Assembly: GCF_006345805.1 (NCBI RefSeq)
Contig: NC_043011.1
Coordinates: 12,598,464 to 12,662,463 of the forward strand
DNA length: 64,000 nucleotides
DNA from: Octopus sinensis
Lineage: Eukaryota
Reading direction: 5' to 3'
In this document: one piece after another, positions 39,907 to 53,126 of the stretch
Numbering within the stretch: the first letter of the stretch is position 1
How the letters are laid out: every line of letters begins with the position of its first letter
Notes under the pieces: generated by a model
The model's input: the letters and a program-made list of their open reading frames with translations, nothing else
Told to the model about the DNA's origin: nothing
The model's database searches: none
Translations under genes and position numbers: made by a program

Positions 39907-40642
39907 TATCTGTAAGACAGAACAATGTTAACTTTGGTATCTTTAAGATTAAATAATATTGTCTTTTAGAAAAGTGGTTTTTGCTAAATACATGACAGTG
40001 ATTGTTAAATATACATGTCTTTACTTTATCATTTTTAGCAATTTAATTTCTTGAAGGAAAACTGGTGATACTAAATTCCCTTGGATTCTCTGACACAAAG
40101 AAGGAAAAATTTGAAATTCATACTTGGAAAATTTAAACTAAAAGCTTTATTTTTTGACACAGCTTACTGATATCATGAATTTTTAATGTGTACAGAAAAT
40201 GGAAATACTTTTAAAATATTAATATTGTATATAGTATTTTGTGAGAAAAATAAACAAAAGAGAAAAATATCATTTTCACCTCTCTTTTCATTTACTATTC
40301 ATGCATAAAACAATATACATCTTGTGAAATCATGTGTAATTAAGAAACCAGTCATAACACTAGTAAATATATAAATTCCTTCATTCTAGTATGAAATTGT
40401 TTCAATCTCAGTAAAATAAATCATCTTTGGGAACTGTGTGTAAAAAAATCCATAGAATGAACATCAACTGGGGTTCCCTGGAATCCTAGAGTTCTGCAAA
40501 GGTGTCCTAGGGGTTCCCCAAGAAAGATCGTAATATTACTATACATGCACAACATGTTGGTTATTGTAATATTGTAATATAGACATCATCCTATCAAACT
40601 TACGTTAATAAAAAATATAACAACTATATACATACATACTTA

Positions 40643-40677
<35 letters not shown>

Positions 40678-40792
40678 TACAGATATAGGGTGAAAGATAA
40701 TTAATTTAATAAAATCAACAAATTTCACCAAGTAGTTTTTCGGTATGGAAAAGGACCCATATTCGGTAAAAACTTATAGAAAAAGTTTTTTT

Positions 40793-40979
40793 ATATATAA
40801 TTATAACAATAAGGGTTTTACAACAAGTTGCTTGACCACATACTGAAAATTTTAGAAATAGCAGCTCAACAACTACTATTTCCTTTTTCTCCCAAAAAAG
40901 GAAATAGTAGTCTTTTAGCTGCTACTTCTAAAATTTTCGGTATGTGGTCAAGCAACTTGTTGCAAAATCCTTATTGTTA

Positions 40980-40990
<11 letters not shown>
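40793..40990. repeat. Near-perfect foldback embedded in TA-rich tracts
   Basis: Arms of about 95 bp are complementary apart from one 5x5 internal loop and a few mismatches; 6-nt loop at 40889-40894. Confidence 0.9.
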
Positions 40991-41039
<49 letters not shown>

Positions 41040-41245
41040 GTGAAATAGAAAGATGAATAATCTTGTAGTAGATTAATCAAAAGTTTAACCGATACCTTAG
41101 TAGCAAAAATCACAGCAGTAAACAGCACGGTTGGAGGTACAACCATATGGTGTTGCAACCGTGCGTTGGTGCGGATAATTGAAATTAAAACATTATTGGT
41201 GAATTGAAGAAATGGAGCTGAACGCAGATTGAACAGAAATCGTTT

Positions 41246-41339
41246 TATTTCATTCTACACGTGTTTCGAAAGGCACAAATTACCAAAATCCGATTGAATA
41301 ATGGGACCATATTGTGTCTTTCTCTTCAGGAAGAAAATA
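41246..41339 (-). ncRNA. Type I hammerhead ribozyme with long stem II (HHR3)
   Basis: Minus strand reads UUUUCUUC-CUGAAGA-GAAAGaCACAA...UUGUGcCUUUC-GAAA-CACGUG-UA-GAAuGAAA. Canonical G10.1-C11.1 pair, perfect palindrome ACACGUGU as helix III, GUA triplet (A at 41256), 7-bp stem I with one bulge. Confidence 0.8.
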
Positions 41340-42948
41340 GGAAATCCGTTGGAGAAACAAAAACAGAACAGAGGCGGAGCAAAAACAAATCGAACTATGC
41401 TCCTAAGAGCCCATGGCGAAACTGTTTATCAGTGTATGTTGAGAACCGGTGGCTGAAGAATTTAACGGGTCAGGCATCGGTCAATCATGTGGGTGAGGGT
41501 GTGTGGGTGTTCTTTGTGACCGAGAATAAAGTTCTGACTATTTAAGGAATATTGGATGTTTTATAAGGGGCGAGAAAAAATCTACTTAGAGACGTGTGTG
41601 TGTGTATACTGTTCTATATATGTGTGTGTTGGCGTAGGGGTAGAAAACATTTTTTGTGTACGTGTGTGCGTTTGATCGTTCGGCTGTCAGTGGCTACTGC
41701 CGCGAGAACCGTTGGGTGGCAGAAAAAAATATATATATTTTGTTTTATGTGTGTGTGTGTTCATCTAAGCCTGCCTTGTCAAGGAAACCCCCCGCTGTGA
41801 AAAAACCAAGCCCCGTTTGTCTAACAGGAGTAATTCCCCTTGCAGTGGTTAATCGTAGATATCTTAAAGGCTATTTCAGAATTTGTTACCAAGGGCTATG
41901 GGTGCCGGTATTATTTATAAACGCTATTTAAAAGCCAGATAAGTGTAACGCCGCCAATGGGGGCATCGAAAAGCCGACTGTAAAAGCCCGTTTACCATCC
42001 GGCCTCTGGCAAACAAAATATGGAAGAGTTCGGAGACACAAAGGTTGCACTGCCTTCTGCCCCTATCAAATGGGAGGGCCACCGACAAAATTGACCATTC
42101 CATGTGAAATTTACCATGTGAACTATGATGAAAAAACTATGAGAAAGATATGGTATATAATTTTTTTGTTGTGCAAGGGTTCCTTGAGACATGTAATTTA
42201 TTTTAAGGGTTATGCTAGGGTAAAAAGGTTGAGAAACACTGCTCCTAACACAAGATATTTTTAGGAAAACAAAACTCGAGTTACTTCATTAAAAGAAATA
42301 ATCAAAACATTTTCAGCGCTTGTCAAACTCACACCATTTCTGAGAAGTCGTAGAATTCTATAGATTGCTCTCAACTTGTTGATATTTTAACTAGGTCAAA
42401 ATTATGAACCCGCCAGCTATCATCATACACATACTTTTCTTTAACTTGGAATTTAATCATGAAATTAATTTATAGCAATTGCTGAATGTAATTTCCAATA
42501 CGGAATTCAATAACATATGCTGGTTTGTGTAATAATCACATTCTATGAAATAATTTTGAGAAGAGCATCTGAAAAATTAGTGAGTCACCACAGGGTTGGG
42601 GGGAAATTAAGTTGATGCATATCATTGCCGTTCAATACCAAACTACATGTTAATTTCAAGTTTATTCATCATTCAGACATTATGTATGACTTTTCCCTTC
42701 TCTCTGTCTCTGTTTCTCTCTCTCTCTCTCCACTTGAACAAAGTGATGACATATGAATAACAGTATCTTGTCACTTCGTATGATGTGCTTCTTAATGATA
42801 ATCATAATAGCCATATTAATATCGATTTTAAGAGCATTAAGGAAGACACCTTGATTTCTTCAGCTCTCATTGAAGTCATTTATCATTTCGTGTTGCTTCA
42901 AAATATTTTTGTCTTCTATATAAGATATTTTATAACCCAGGGATTTAT

Positions 42949-43340
42949 ACTCTTTTACTCTCTTTTACTTGTTTCAGTCATTAGACTGTGGCCATGCTGG
43001 AGCACCACCTTTTAGTCGAGCAAATCGACCCCAGGACTTATTCTTTGGAAACCTGGTACTTATTCTATCAGTCTCTTTTGCCGAACCGCTAAGTTACAGG
43101 GACGTAAACACACCAGCATCGTCTGTCAAGTGATGTTGGGGGGACAAACACAGGCAAACACACACACATATGTATACATATATACTTTTTTCAGTTTCTG
43201 TATACTAAATCCACTCACAAGGCTTTGGTCGGCCCGAAGCTATAGTAGAAGACACTTGCTCAAGGTGCCACGCAGTGGGACTGAACCCGGAACCATGTGG
43301 TTGGTAAGCAAGCAACTTACCACACAGCCACTCCTGTGCC
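42949..43340 (-). mobile_element. SINE family B
   Basis: Reverse copy with a shortened central region. Confidence 0.9.
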
Positions 43341-43599
43341 TATCTGCAAGCCCTGTAACACTCTGTATAACAAGGATATTAATGTATCTCAGCCTGATGG
43401 AGCCTGTTCATCTCCATGCTATATACCCATGCATAAAATTTACATAAATTTTACACTGTATTCAATGATTGCAACAATGAACTGATAAACTGTTGCACTT
43501 ATCTACTTTTAGGTGAACTTAGTCATTAAAAAATGTCATGACCATGTTTTTCTGTAGGTATTCCAGTACATTATCAACTCAGCAAGTTGTAACTGTTAT

Positions 43600-43639
43600 A
43601 AAATATATCTTAATTCAACCACACACTCACACACACACA

Positions 43640-43678
<39 letters not shown>

Positions 43679-43705
43679 TGTGATGCAGATAAACACAATT
43701 AAGCT

Positions 43706-43756
<51 letters not shown>

Positions 43757-44002
43757 TACAAATAGATATAGATATAAATATATGTATAGATACATATAAC
43801 TACATATGTTCAGAAGAGCTCTATGTAAATGTATTTGTCTATATATATATATATATGCTTGTACATAAGTGTTTATCTTCTAAAAGTATTTAGTCATCTC
43901 TCTCTCTCTCTCTCTCTCTGTATATATATATATGTGTGTGTGTGTGTGTATGTGTGTGTGTGGTGTGTGTGTATATGTGTATATACATACATACATACAC
44001 AC

Positions 44003-44037
<35 letters not shown>

Positions 44038-44179
44038 AATACATTTACATAGAGCTCTTCTGAACATATGTAGTTATATGTATCTATATATATATTTATA
44101 TATATCAAGCTTAATTGTGTTTATCTGCATCACAATATGTGTGTGTGTGTGTGTGTGTGGTTGAGTTAAGATATATTTT
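43600..44179. repeat. Inverted duplication containing microsatellites
   Basis: Left arm 43600 to about 43856 and right arm about 44011-44179 share unique blocks (gatgcagataaacacaattaagcttg; catatgttcagaagagctctatgtaaatgtatttgtc) in opposite orientation. Confidence 0.9.
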
Positions 44180-44197
44180 GTCCAACCCCTGTATATA

Positions 44198-45370
44198 TCA
44201 GGTTGTCTGGAAAGTTCTGAGCATTTTTGAGCTAAATCATTTAACACTTCATTGAGCACACCTGAAATGTAACACAGTTAAAACTTTAGCATCGCTTGAA
44301 GTGTTAGTGCATCTCTTCCTTTTTCCTGACTAAAAATAGATTTATCTTTCATTCCGGTTACTCTTTATTGACCTTTGAAATGGATAAGCAAAAATTTCAT
44401 ATTCATGTTGTAATGTTTTTCTTTTAAAAAAAAGGAGAAAATGCAGCAAAGACTTGAAAAAAAAACATTTGTGAAGTTTATAGTGATGATGCTGTAGGTG
44501 GCTTGCAAAATTTGAAGCTGGAAAGTTTAACTAGGAAGGTGACATGGTGGAAGACCTTCAAAATTGGATGAAGATGTTTTGAAGGCAAAAATCGAAGAAA
44601 ACTCAAATATTACGACTAGAGAATTTGCAGAGGAGTTCGAAGGAGTTAGCTCATAAACACCTAGTGAAGCTAGGATACGTTTCTCACTATAATGTATGGA
44701 TCCCTCACAAACTTCAGAAAAGAATTGCTTGGACTGGTATTCTGTTTGTGATATGCTTTTGAAACATAATGAAAGCATACCTTTTTTGTAACATCTTGTG
44801 ACTGGAGATGAAGATTGGTTTGCGTATGAAAACAAAGTGGGTAAAAGATCCTGGAGTTTGCGTAAGGATCCTCCAAAACAGCAACCAAAGACAAATATCT
44901 ATGCCACAAAAGTTATGCTTTGTGTTTATTGGGATCATAAGAGCCTTATTTATTATGAGCTTCTCCCACAAAACCAGACCAATTAATTCTGATGTGTACT
45001 GTCATCAGCTGGCTAATTTGAACCAAAAAATCAAAGAATTGGGGCCGGAGATTGCCAGCAGGAAAGGGCTAGTGTTCCAACAAGACAATGCCTGACCACG
45101 TGTCTTTGGCTACCCGAGCAAAGTCACAAGAACTTGGCTAGGATCTCTCACCCCATTCACCATATTCTTCTGATACTGCACCATCTGACAACCACTTGTT
45201 TTTGTCTCTACATAACTCACTGCAAGTAAAAACATTTAATGATTTAGATGAAGTTTAGATGCTGTTAAATAAAGTTTTTTCTTCAAAACCAGTCAAATTT
45301 TATGATTATAGAATATTTAAATTGCCTGATAGATGGGCAGATGTCATTAACAATATTGGCCAACATGTCA
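44198..45370 (+). mobile_element. Degraded mariner transposon
   Basis: TA then tcaggttgtc TIR-like start; ATG 44380 (MDKQKFHIHVVM). Fragments VTGDEDW, KVMLCVYWD, FQQDNA, HSPYSSDTAPSD, LPDRWADVI. Many stops and frameshifts. Confidence 0.9.
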
Positions 45371-45374
45371 AGGT

Positions 45375-47861
45375 ATACTTAGTGTAGTTTTTAATGCTGA
45401 TTTCAAATATACAATTATTTTTTTGACATCATGTACAGTTTTTAAGATATGAAAGTTTTTGGGTTTTAGCTCATGCATTATATAGAAATTCCAGTTAATG
45501 ACATGTATGCATGTATTTCATTTACATCATGGAAACATACCTTTAAAATAAACTACATTATTCATTGATGCATAGTTCAGATGTTATATTTCATCATCTT
45601 ACATTAACCAATCAAGTTTTGTCTGATGAAATAGGTATTTCAACATCTCAAATTGTCCTGTCATAATTGGTCTAATGAAATATTTCATCGTCTCAAATCC
45701 AATATAAGTATAACTGTTTGTATCTATTTCCTTACTTGTTTTACAGTGTTAGCAATGTCAAGACAGTGTAGAAATCGTCCTGATGAGTTTTGTTACGTCT
45801 GTGGACAATTCATTGTGAAAGCTCAAAAACATACAATAACACCAGAGATCAAGAAGATTTATAATCTATACTTTAACTGCCCTCTTGGAGATCAGAACAA
45901 GTTATGGGCACCACATTTTATCAGCTCAGCTTGCTCAAATGGCTTGGTTGACTGGTTCAATAATAAGAAGAAGCCCATGCCTTTTGCCTTTCCAATGATA
46001 CAGAGGGAGCCAAAAGACCATTTTAATGACTTATTTTTGCAAAGTAAATGTTACAAGATTTTCTATGAAGAATAAACAAACACAAAATTGTGTATCGCAA
46101 TTTGGATTCCACAATGAGACCTGTGCTTCAGAATGGAAGTCTGCCAATTCCAGTTCCACCAAATGATGGTATTGAAACATCAGGTCATGATGCCGACTGT
46201 CACGATAGTGCTGCTGAGGAAGATTAAGTGGCTGATGACATTAGCTTTGAACCTCAGAAATTTTCCCAAGCTGAACGGAATGACCGTGTCAGAGACCTAT
46301 CCCTCTCAAAAGATAAAGCAGAACTGTTGACATCAAGACTGAAGGAGAAGTATCTGCTAGAGCACAGTGTTCATATAACTTATTTTTGGCAGAGAAATGT
46401 GGTTCTACAAATGTGTTTTTCTGTTGAAGGCCCGCTTTGCTTTTGCTGTCACATCGATGGACTTTTCGAATGTTTATTACAAAATCATGATTCTGCAGAG
46501 TAGCATTTGCTTATTGACTCTTCAAAACGAAGTTTAAAAGCTGTACTTCCCATAATGGTAATTTGAAGCCTTCCATTCCTATTGCACACTCCACTCATCT
46601 TCATGAATCATATGAGAATATGGAACTTTTACTTCATGCCATTGCCTATGAAAGATACTCATGGAAAATATGCGGAGATTTAAAAGTCATTGGAATGTTA
46701 ATGGGAATACAGTCAGGTTTCACAAAATACTATTGTTTCTTGTGTCTATGGGATAGTCAGGCAACTGACAGACATTATTCGGAATCAAACTGGCAGACAA
46801 GAACATCATATCATCCAGGACTGTCCAGCATCAAGAATACACTTCTTGTAGATCCATGTAATGTCCTATTGCCTCCTTTGCACATAAGGCTTACACTGAC
46901 GAAGCAGTTTGTAAAGACACAAGGGAAGAGAAATTCCAGATGGTTTGAGTCTATAGTAGAAAAGTTTCCCCAAATCACACAGTCAAAGTTGAAAAAGGGT
47001 ATCTTTGTCAGACCTCAAATTAGAGAAGTTCTCAAAGATGTCAACTTCAAGACAACACTGTATGAACTGGAACTACCTGCCTGGAATGCTTTCAATTGGA
47101 CCTGTGAGAATTTCTTGAGCAACCTGAAGGCAATAGACTGCAAGGATGGCATCAAGAACCTTCTGAAATGTTACTCAGCAATGGGTTGCTACATGCCACT
47201 GAAAGTTCGCTTCTTGGACTTCCATCTGGATTTCTTTGCGGATAACCTTGGAACAGTGTCTGATGAACATGGTAAAAGATTTCACCAGGACATTAGTGAT
47301 ATGGAGAAATGGTACCAAGGCTTCTGGAATGACAGTATGCTGGCCGACTACTGCTGGACATTTTACCGTGATCAACCAGATCAGGAACACTGCAGGAAAT
47401 GCAAATCACAATGTTTCTAACTCTGTATAACTTTGTATTGTCTGACCCATTTTTCGTGAATTTACTCTTTGTAGAATGATAGTGATACAGTTCTATATTT
47501 AAGAGATGAGGAATTATGTAAATTATTTACATTATTTACATTTGACGGATATTTGTCCTCATCTTGTTTGTTGTTAGCAACAACAAGATGAAGACAAATA
47601 TCCGTCAAATATCCATCAAATGTAAATAAAGTAAATAATGTGAATAATGTGAATGATAGTGATGATTTTTAACTCATTAAACTCATTTACTTTTATAAAA
47701 ATAATGTCCTTATTTATTATGCTAATGATTTTATATATGCAAATATGTAAATATTATCATGCATCTATTGGAAAAATGTTACATGCTGCATACAAATGGA
47801 GTGAAATTTTGAAATCAGCCTGAAAAATTAGTCTAAAAATGTTGGTTTGCATTCACAATGA
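45375..47861 (+). mobile_element. Chapaev3-like (CMC group) DNA transposon remnant
   Basis: MSRQCRNRPDEFCYVCG zinc-finger start at 45755. ORF 46563-47420 has GDLKVIGML...CFLCLWDS, LPPLHI and SDEHGKRFHQDI...LADYCW. Subterminal gctgatttcaaa inverted matches; 3' end cacaatg. Superfamily name is from recall of the family, not verified. Confidence 0.65.
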
Positions 47862-47987
47862 GTATAATACATTTAATTTTGTTGATCAGTGTAATGGAAA
47901 TTATTTCATTGAATAAAATTTATTTAAAAGTTAATTATTTATATCTCATTTTGCATATTAAAAAACACTCAGAACTTCCCGGACAAC

Positions 47988-48027
<40 letters not shown>

Positions 48028-48612
48028 TTTGTGTGTTTGTGTATGTGTGTGTGTATGTGTGTGTGTGTTTTAAAAACAATTGAAACCAGTTTATTTTGAT
48101 AATGATTTAAATATTTTCTTAGTTTTTATTCATGAAAAAGTTTGCATAGCATTTTCTTCTTTTTGACTTTTTAAGATATATATATTTGTGTGTGTGTGCA
48201 CGCTTGTTTGTGTGTGTATGTGTGTGTCTATATGTGTAAATGTATATTTACATATACCAAGCCTAATCATATTCATTCGTATCTTCATATCAGCTCACCT
48301 GGATTTTTATATATACACATACTAATGTCCAAGACAGCAAGGTGACCCACCTCAATTCACATTTTACAGCAACAAGAAAGAACCAAAACAGGAATAAAAT
48401 AACTGCTAAGAGGTTTAAAGAAAAACAATATCAGCAATTTGAGACAGAAAAATGCAACAAACCCCTGACAGGGTTCAAAGCATATATTTATGACCTTCAA
48501 AGGAGATGTATTGAGTACTTGAATCTGCAAACATTTAATGAGTTAATTAATCAGTGAAAAATAATTTACTCTTATCCCAACTAATCAATAGCAGCACAAC
48601 CTCTGTTCAACC

Positions 48613-48820
48613 TATTTCTTTACTACTCACAAGGGGCTAAACACCGAGAGGACAAACAAGGACAGACAAACGGATTAAGTCAATTATACCGACTCCAGTG
48701 CGTAACTGGTACTTATTTAATAGACCCCGAAAAGATGAAGGGCAAAGTTGACCTCGGCGGAATTTGAACTCAGAACGTAGCGGCACATGAAATACCGCAA
48801 AGCATTTCGCCCGGCATGCT
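48613..48820 (-). mobile_element. SINE family C, slightly 5'-truncated
   Basis: 14-bp TSD CCTCTGTTCAACCT at 48600-48613 and 48822-48835. Confidence 0.9.
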
Positions 48821-49440
48821 TCCTCTGTTCAACCTGTGATCACTACAACTACTAGCACTACCACCACAACCACCACAACATCTAAACTTGTCACCTCTAC
48901 TACCACTAACCAACCACCACCACCAGTTGTCTCTACCCCCATCGCCATTACTCTTGTGTTGATACTAACACCTCTACCGAAACTAACACCAGTGGTGGTG
49001 GCAGTGCTGGTGGCGGTGGTGGTAGTGGTGGTGGTGGTGGTGGTAGTTGTGGTGGTGGTGGTGGTGGTGGTGGTGGTGGTAGTGGTGGTGGTGGGTGGGT
49101 GGTTTTAGCTAAATAATGACAACAACACAGAGATCACCAATCCATAAACACCTTAGTGCTTACACTTCAATTATCAGAAATAATGTACAAAAAACAAAAA
49201 CAAAAAAAAAGGAAAATTACAGGTATATAGGTGTCATTGACTAAATATAGCCTCACTAATGAACATAGCAACATCATAGAAGAACAAATGATAAATTGCA
49301 AAATTTGAAGTAGCATCTTTTCCTGAAATATGTAGACAAGTGTTTCAGGTGTAATTATTCCACCACTCTCATATGCTTTGAAATATATTAGTTTGGTGTA
49401 CAGCCACATCGTAGTATACTCTTTCTCTCTCTCTCTCTCT

Positions 49441-49851
49441 CTTTCTCTTTTACTTGTTTCAGTAATTTGACTGCGGCCATGCTGGAGCACCGCCTTTAGT
49501 CGAGGAAAATCGACCCCCCCCCCCAGGACTTATTCTTTGTAAGCCTAGTACTTATTCTATCGGTTTCTCTTTTGCCGAACCGCTAAGTTACAGGGATGTA
49601 AACACACCAGCATCAGTTGTCAAGTGATGTTGGGGGGTCAAACACAGACACACAAACCCACACACACACATATATATATACATACATACGACGGGCTTCT
49701 TTCAGTTTCCATCTACCAAATCCACTCACAAAGCTTTGGTAGGCCCGAGGCTATAGTAGAAAACACTTGCCCAAGGTGCCACACAGTGGGACTGAACCCG
49801 GAATCATGTGGTTGGTAAGCAAGCTACTTACCACACAGCCACTCCTGTGCC
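49441..49851 (-). mobile_element. SINE family B
   Basis: Full-length reverse copy. Confidence 0.9.
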
Positions 49852-50943
49852 TATAATTAAAATAATAATATCCAAGAGGAAAAAATGATATAAAACCTCT
49901 AAAGTAAATGATAATAGGCATGTTTACTTTAAGATGATAACTAACTGAAGCTTAGGATCGCTTAGATTCTGTCATCGCTTAGATTCAGTCTTAGTATGAT
50001 GAAGTGTTTTCTGCACAGTGACTAGCAGTGTAGTAGTAGTAGTAGTAGTAGTAGTAGTATTGCAGGATAAAATTTTTTTGCAGTTTTGGAAAGTGGAAAT
50101 GCTAGTCTATAACAGTAGGCATATAGTTAATATGTAAACATAAGCTGATAAACCATGTAAGATGTATAGACTAGATTATGAATCACTTGAGATAGCTGGA
50201 ATGTAGTGATATATTTGTAAATATTGTAAAAGCAATAAATAAATATGGATGTTGACACACATACCCATGGGAGAAAATAAAATATTATGGTACTCATAGG
50301 AATTGAACATATGTCTCCAAACTGTATTAGCCCATCTTTTCTTATCTTTTTACTGCCCTCTCCTCATCTTTTCTCTTCACCTCACTCTCGACTTAGTTTG
50401 CTCTTTCTCATTCCTTTACTCATTACTAACTGAAATCCACGTAAAATTATTGTATAAGAAGTAGTCTTTTGACATGATGGTACCAGCATTTCCATCTGGG
50501 CTGAAATTCTTCATTTACAACTTATTACCATTTGTATCGTTATTTTATGACTTCAGTGGAAACCTTCCTCCACTTTACTCATGTATCATCATCATCATCT
50601 TTTCTGCTTCCTCCTCACCATCACCATTTAATGTCCCTTTTCAATGCTAGCATGGTTTGAATGGTTCAGTATGAGATAAAGAGCCTGGTTCGTATAGCTG
50701 GATGTCCTTCTGGATGTTCGTATAGCTGGATGTTCGTATAGCTGGATGTTCGTATAGCTGGATGTCCTTCTTAATGCAAACCACTTTACACATATGTGTT
50801 TATACACATATAAACCTATATCATAACACACACACACACACACACATATAACTTTGGCGATGCAAACAGGAATATAGAACTCAAAACAAGAGTATATTTA
50901 CACTTTTTATTAACAATCAGCAGAATTAGAGTATTCTGCACAA

Positions 50944-51232
50944 CATCCGATCGTGGCCGTTGCCAGCCTTGCCTGGCCTCCGTGCCAGTGGCACGTAAAA
51001 AGCACCATCCGATCGTGGCCGTTGCCAGCCTCGTCTGGCACCTGTGCCGGTGACATGTAAAAAGCACCCACTACACTCATGGAGTGGTTGGTGTTAGGAA
51101 GGGCATCCAGCCGTAGAAACATTGCCAGATCAGACTGGGCCTGGTGCAACCTTCTGGCTTCCTAGACCCCAGTTGAACCGTCCAACCCATGCCAGCATGG
51201 AAAGCGGACGTTAAACGATGATGATGATGATA
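50944..51232 (+). mobile_element. Family A repeat
   Basis: Two hairpin modules, core and (GAT)n tail. Confidence 0.85.
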
Positions 51233-52281
51233 TGACCAAACACACACCAAACAGCCTTGTGTTAGTCTGTGTTGGCAAAACTTTATATTATGTAGTAAAA
51301 TCAATAAGAAGAGTATAGTGAGCTGTTGTAAGGAAGGGGAAATCCAACATTTCAGACAGAGCACTTCTTAAGGGAAAAGTTGAAATGAGAGAAATTAATG
51401 AGAAGCAGCAGAGTTTTACATCTTAAAGTTAAAAAAAAGACTGGCTGCAACTGATAAGGTACACTGGACCACGTGAGTTTCATATGTGAACAAGAAGAGG
51501 TATGAGAAACAGTGAGAAAAAGGAAGAGGAATGAGTAATGGAATGAGAGAGAGCAAACAAAGTCGAGAGTGAGGTGAAGAGAAAAGATGAGGAGAGGGGA
51601 GTAAAAAAGATAAGAAAGGATTTTATGAAGAGATCCAGGATTAGAAAAGAAAAAAGCGTTCATTTAAACCTGTTGGTGACACGGTGCTAAGTTCAACTAT
51701 GAAAAGTTTTTATCTCTGTTTCCTTGAGAATGTGAATCCATGATGTGCAGGGATGCTGCTTACTGGTAATTGAGTGATGTAGTGTTGAACAGGTTGGCTC
51801 AGGTGTACATAATAGTATGTTTTGAATATGCTCCCAAAAGTAAATCACCTAGTTTCCCCAATGTAAAGGGTGCCACAAAGTTAGCATATGATACAATATA
51901 TAAGGTTAGGTGGTATGAAATAAAAATTCTAAGTAACATGATATTTTGTATTAGGTCCAGTGATGGACCTTAGTTTACTAAACCCTTTCTTATCCTACAA
52001 CTCCCCACTCTCTTCATCTTTTCCCTTCACCTCACTCTTGACTTTGCTTACTTCTCACTCTATATCAACTTATTCCTTCTCACACTGTTTCCCCTACCAC
52101 TTCTTGTTCACATATGAGGCTCACATGGTCCTGTGTTCCTTATCCGTTGCAGCCAGTCATTTCTTAAGTTAGATGATTCTGATGTTTCTCACTAATTTCT
52201 CTTGTTAGGACTAAGTGAGATGTTGGAGTCTCCCCTCCTCATAGCAAGCACACTGTACTCTTTTTATTGATTATATACATA

Positions 52282-53126
52282 CTAGCAGAATTGCCCGGCG
52301 TTGCTCGGGGCTGAATTGCTTGAAAGTACTGTTAATGATTGCACTGAATTATGATGATTATTCAGGCAAATATTGATATAAGTTTACGGTGGGAGATAAG
52401 GACTTAACGATCAAACGTGTGCCATTGCATTGTTTTGGGGGAACCAAATATCTGATGAGCATTATAGGGGCACCAACTTTAAGTTTGAGAAAGTGTGGTG
52501 GTAGTCCAGGGTGCTCAAAGGAATTGAGTACCTCTATTGGATAGTTGATGACGTCCTCTGGGTCAGGAGTTGTATCGATAGACTGATATACATAGACTTC
52601 CCCAGGAATGAGTTTTAGCATTTCATCATTAATATGGTGAACAGTTTTATTCCTCGGGGCCAGTATAGCCTTTTGGCCAATCCAATCCATATTCTGATAA
52701 TTAGCTTGTAGATCTGGGAACACTGCATCTCTGAGATCGGAAGGTGTCTTAACAAAGGTACAAATGGAATCGATGGCAATATTACCAGTTTCATCCCCTG
52801 GTATTTTGCCTTCGCCAAGTGCAAGGAGGGTGTGAGGAAATGCTGCTGATGTGATATTACATCGCATATGAGCACGCATATTGGTGTGAAGTTTGAGAGT
52901 TACTTCCCTTTATTTAAAAAATATGCATTAAAATGGAAAAAATGATGGTAAATTATTTGTAAAATCGTAGACTCATCGTAGACGCGCGCTAATACCCAGA
53001 AGGGCTCGATATGAATCACGACTATAAGATACCCGGTTTTGGTTAAACTGCATCGCAAAATGTGGGAGTAGTTAGGAATCTAAATCGGAGTAGACAGACA
53101 CACAACCTTTCTTTTATATATAAAGA
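52282..53126 (-). mobile_element. Internally deleted Helitron retaining a PIF1-like helicase fragment
   Basis: 5' TC at 53126-53125; 3' hairpin cccgagcaacgccggg then CTAG at 52285-52282; A|T insertion site. ORF 52358-52879 has KAILAPRN...LKLKVGAPIMLIR...CNGTRL helicase motifs. Confidence 0.95.

Noticed and set aside
40735-40790. CCGAATATGG...CCATACCGAAA hammerhead-like layout on the minus strand
   Set aside because: Core lacks CUGANGA and has no valid helix III or triplet.
50690-50770. 16-bp tandem repeats that look like a small array
   Set aside because: Local slippage inside a degenerate family A copy. No spacers, so not CRISPR-like.
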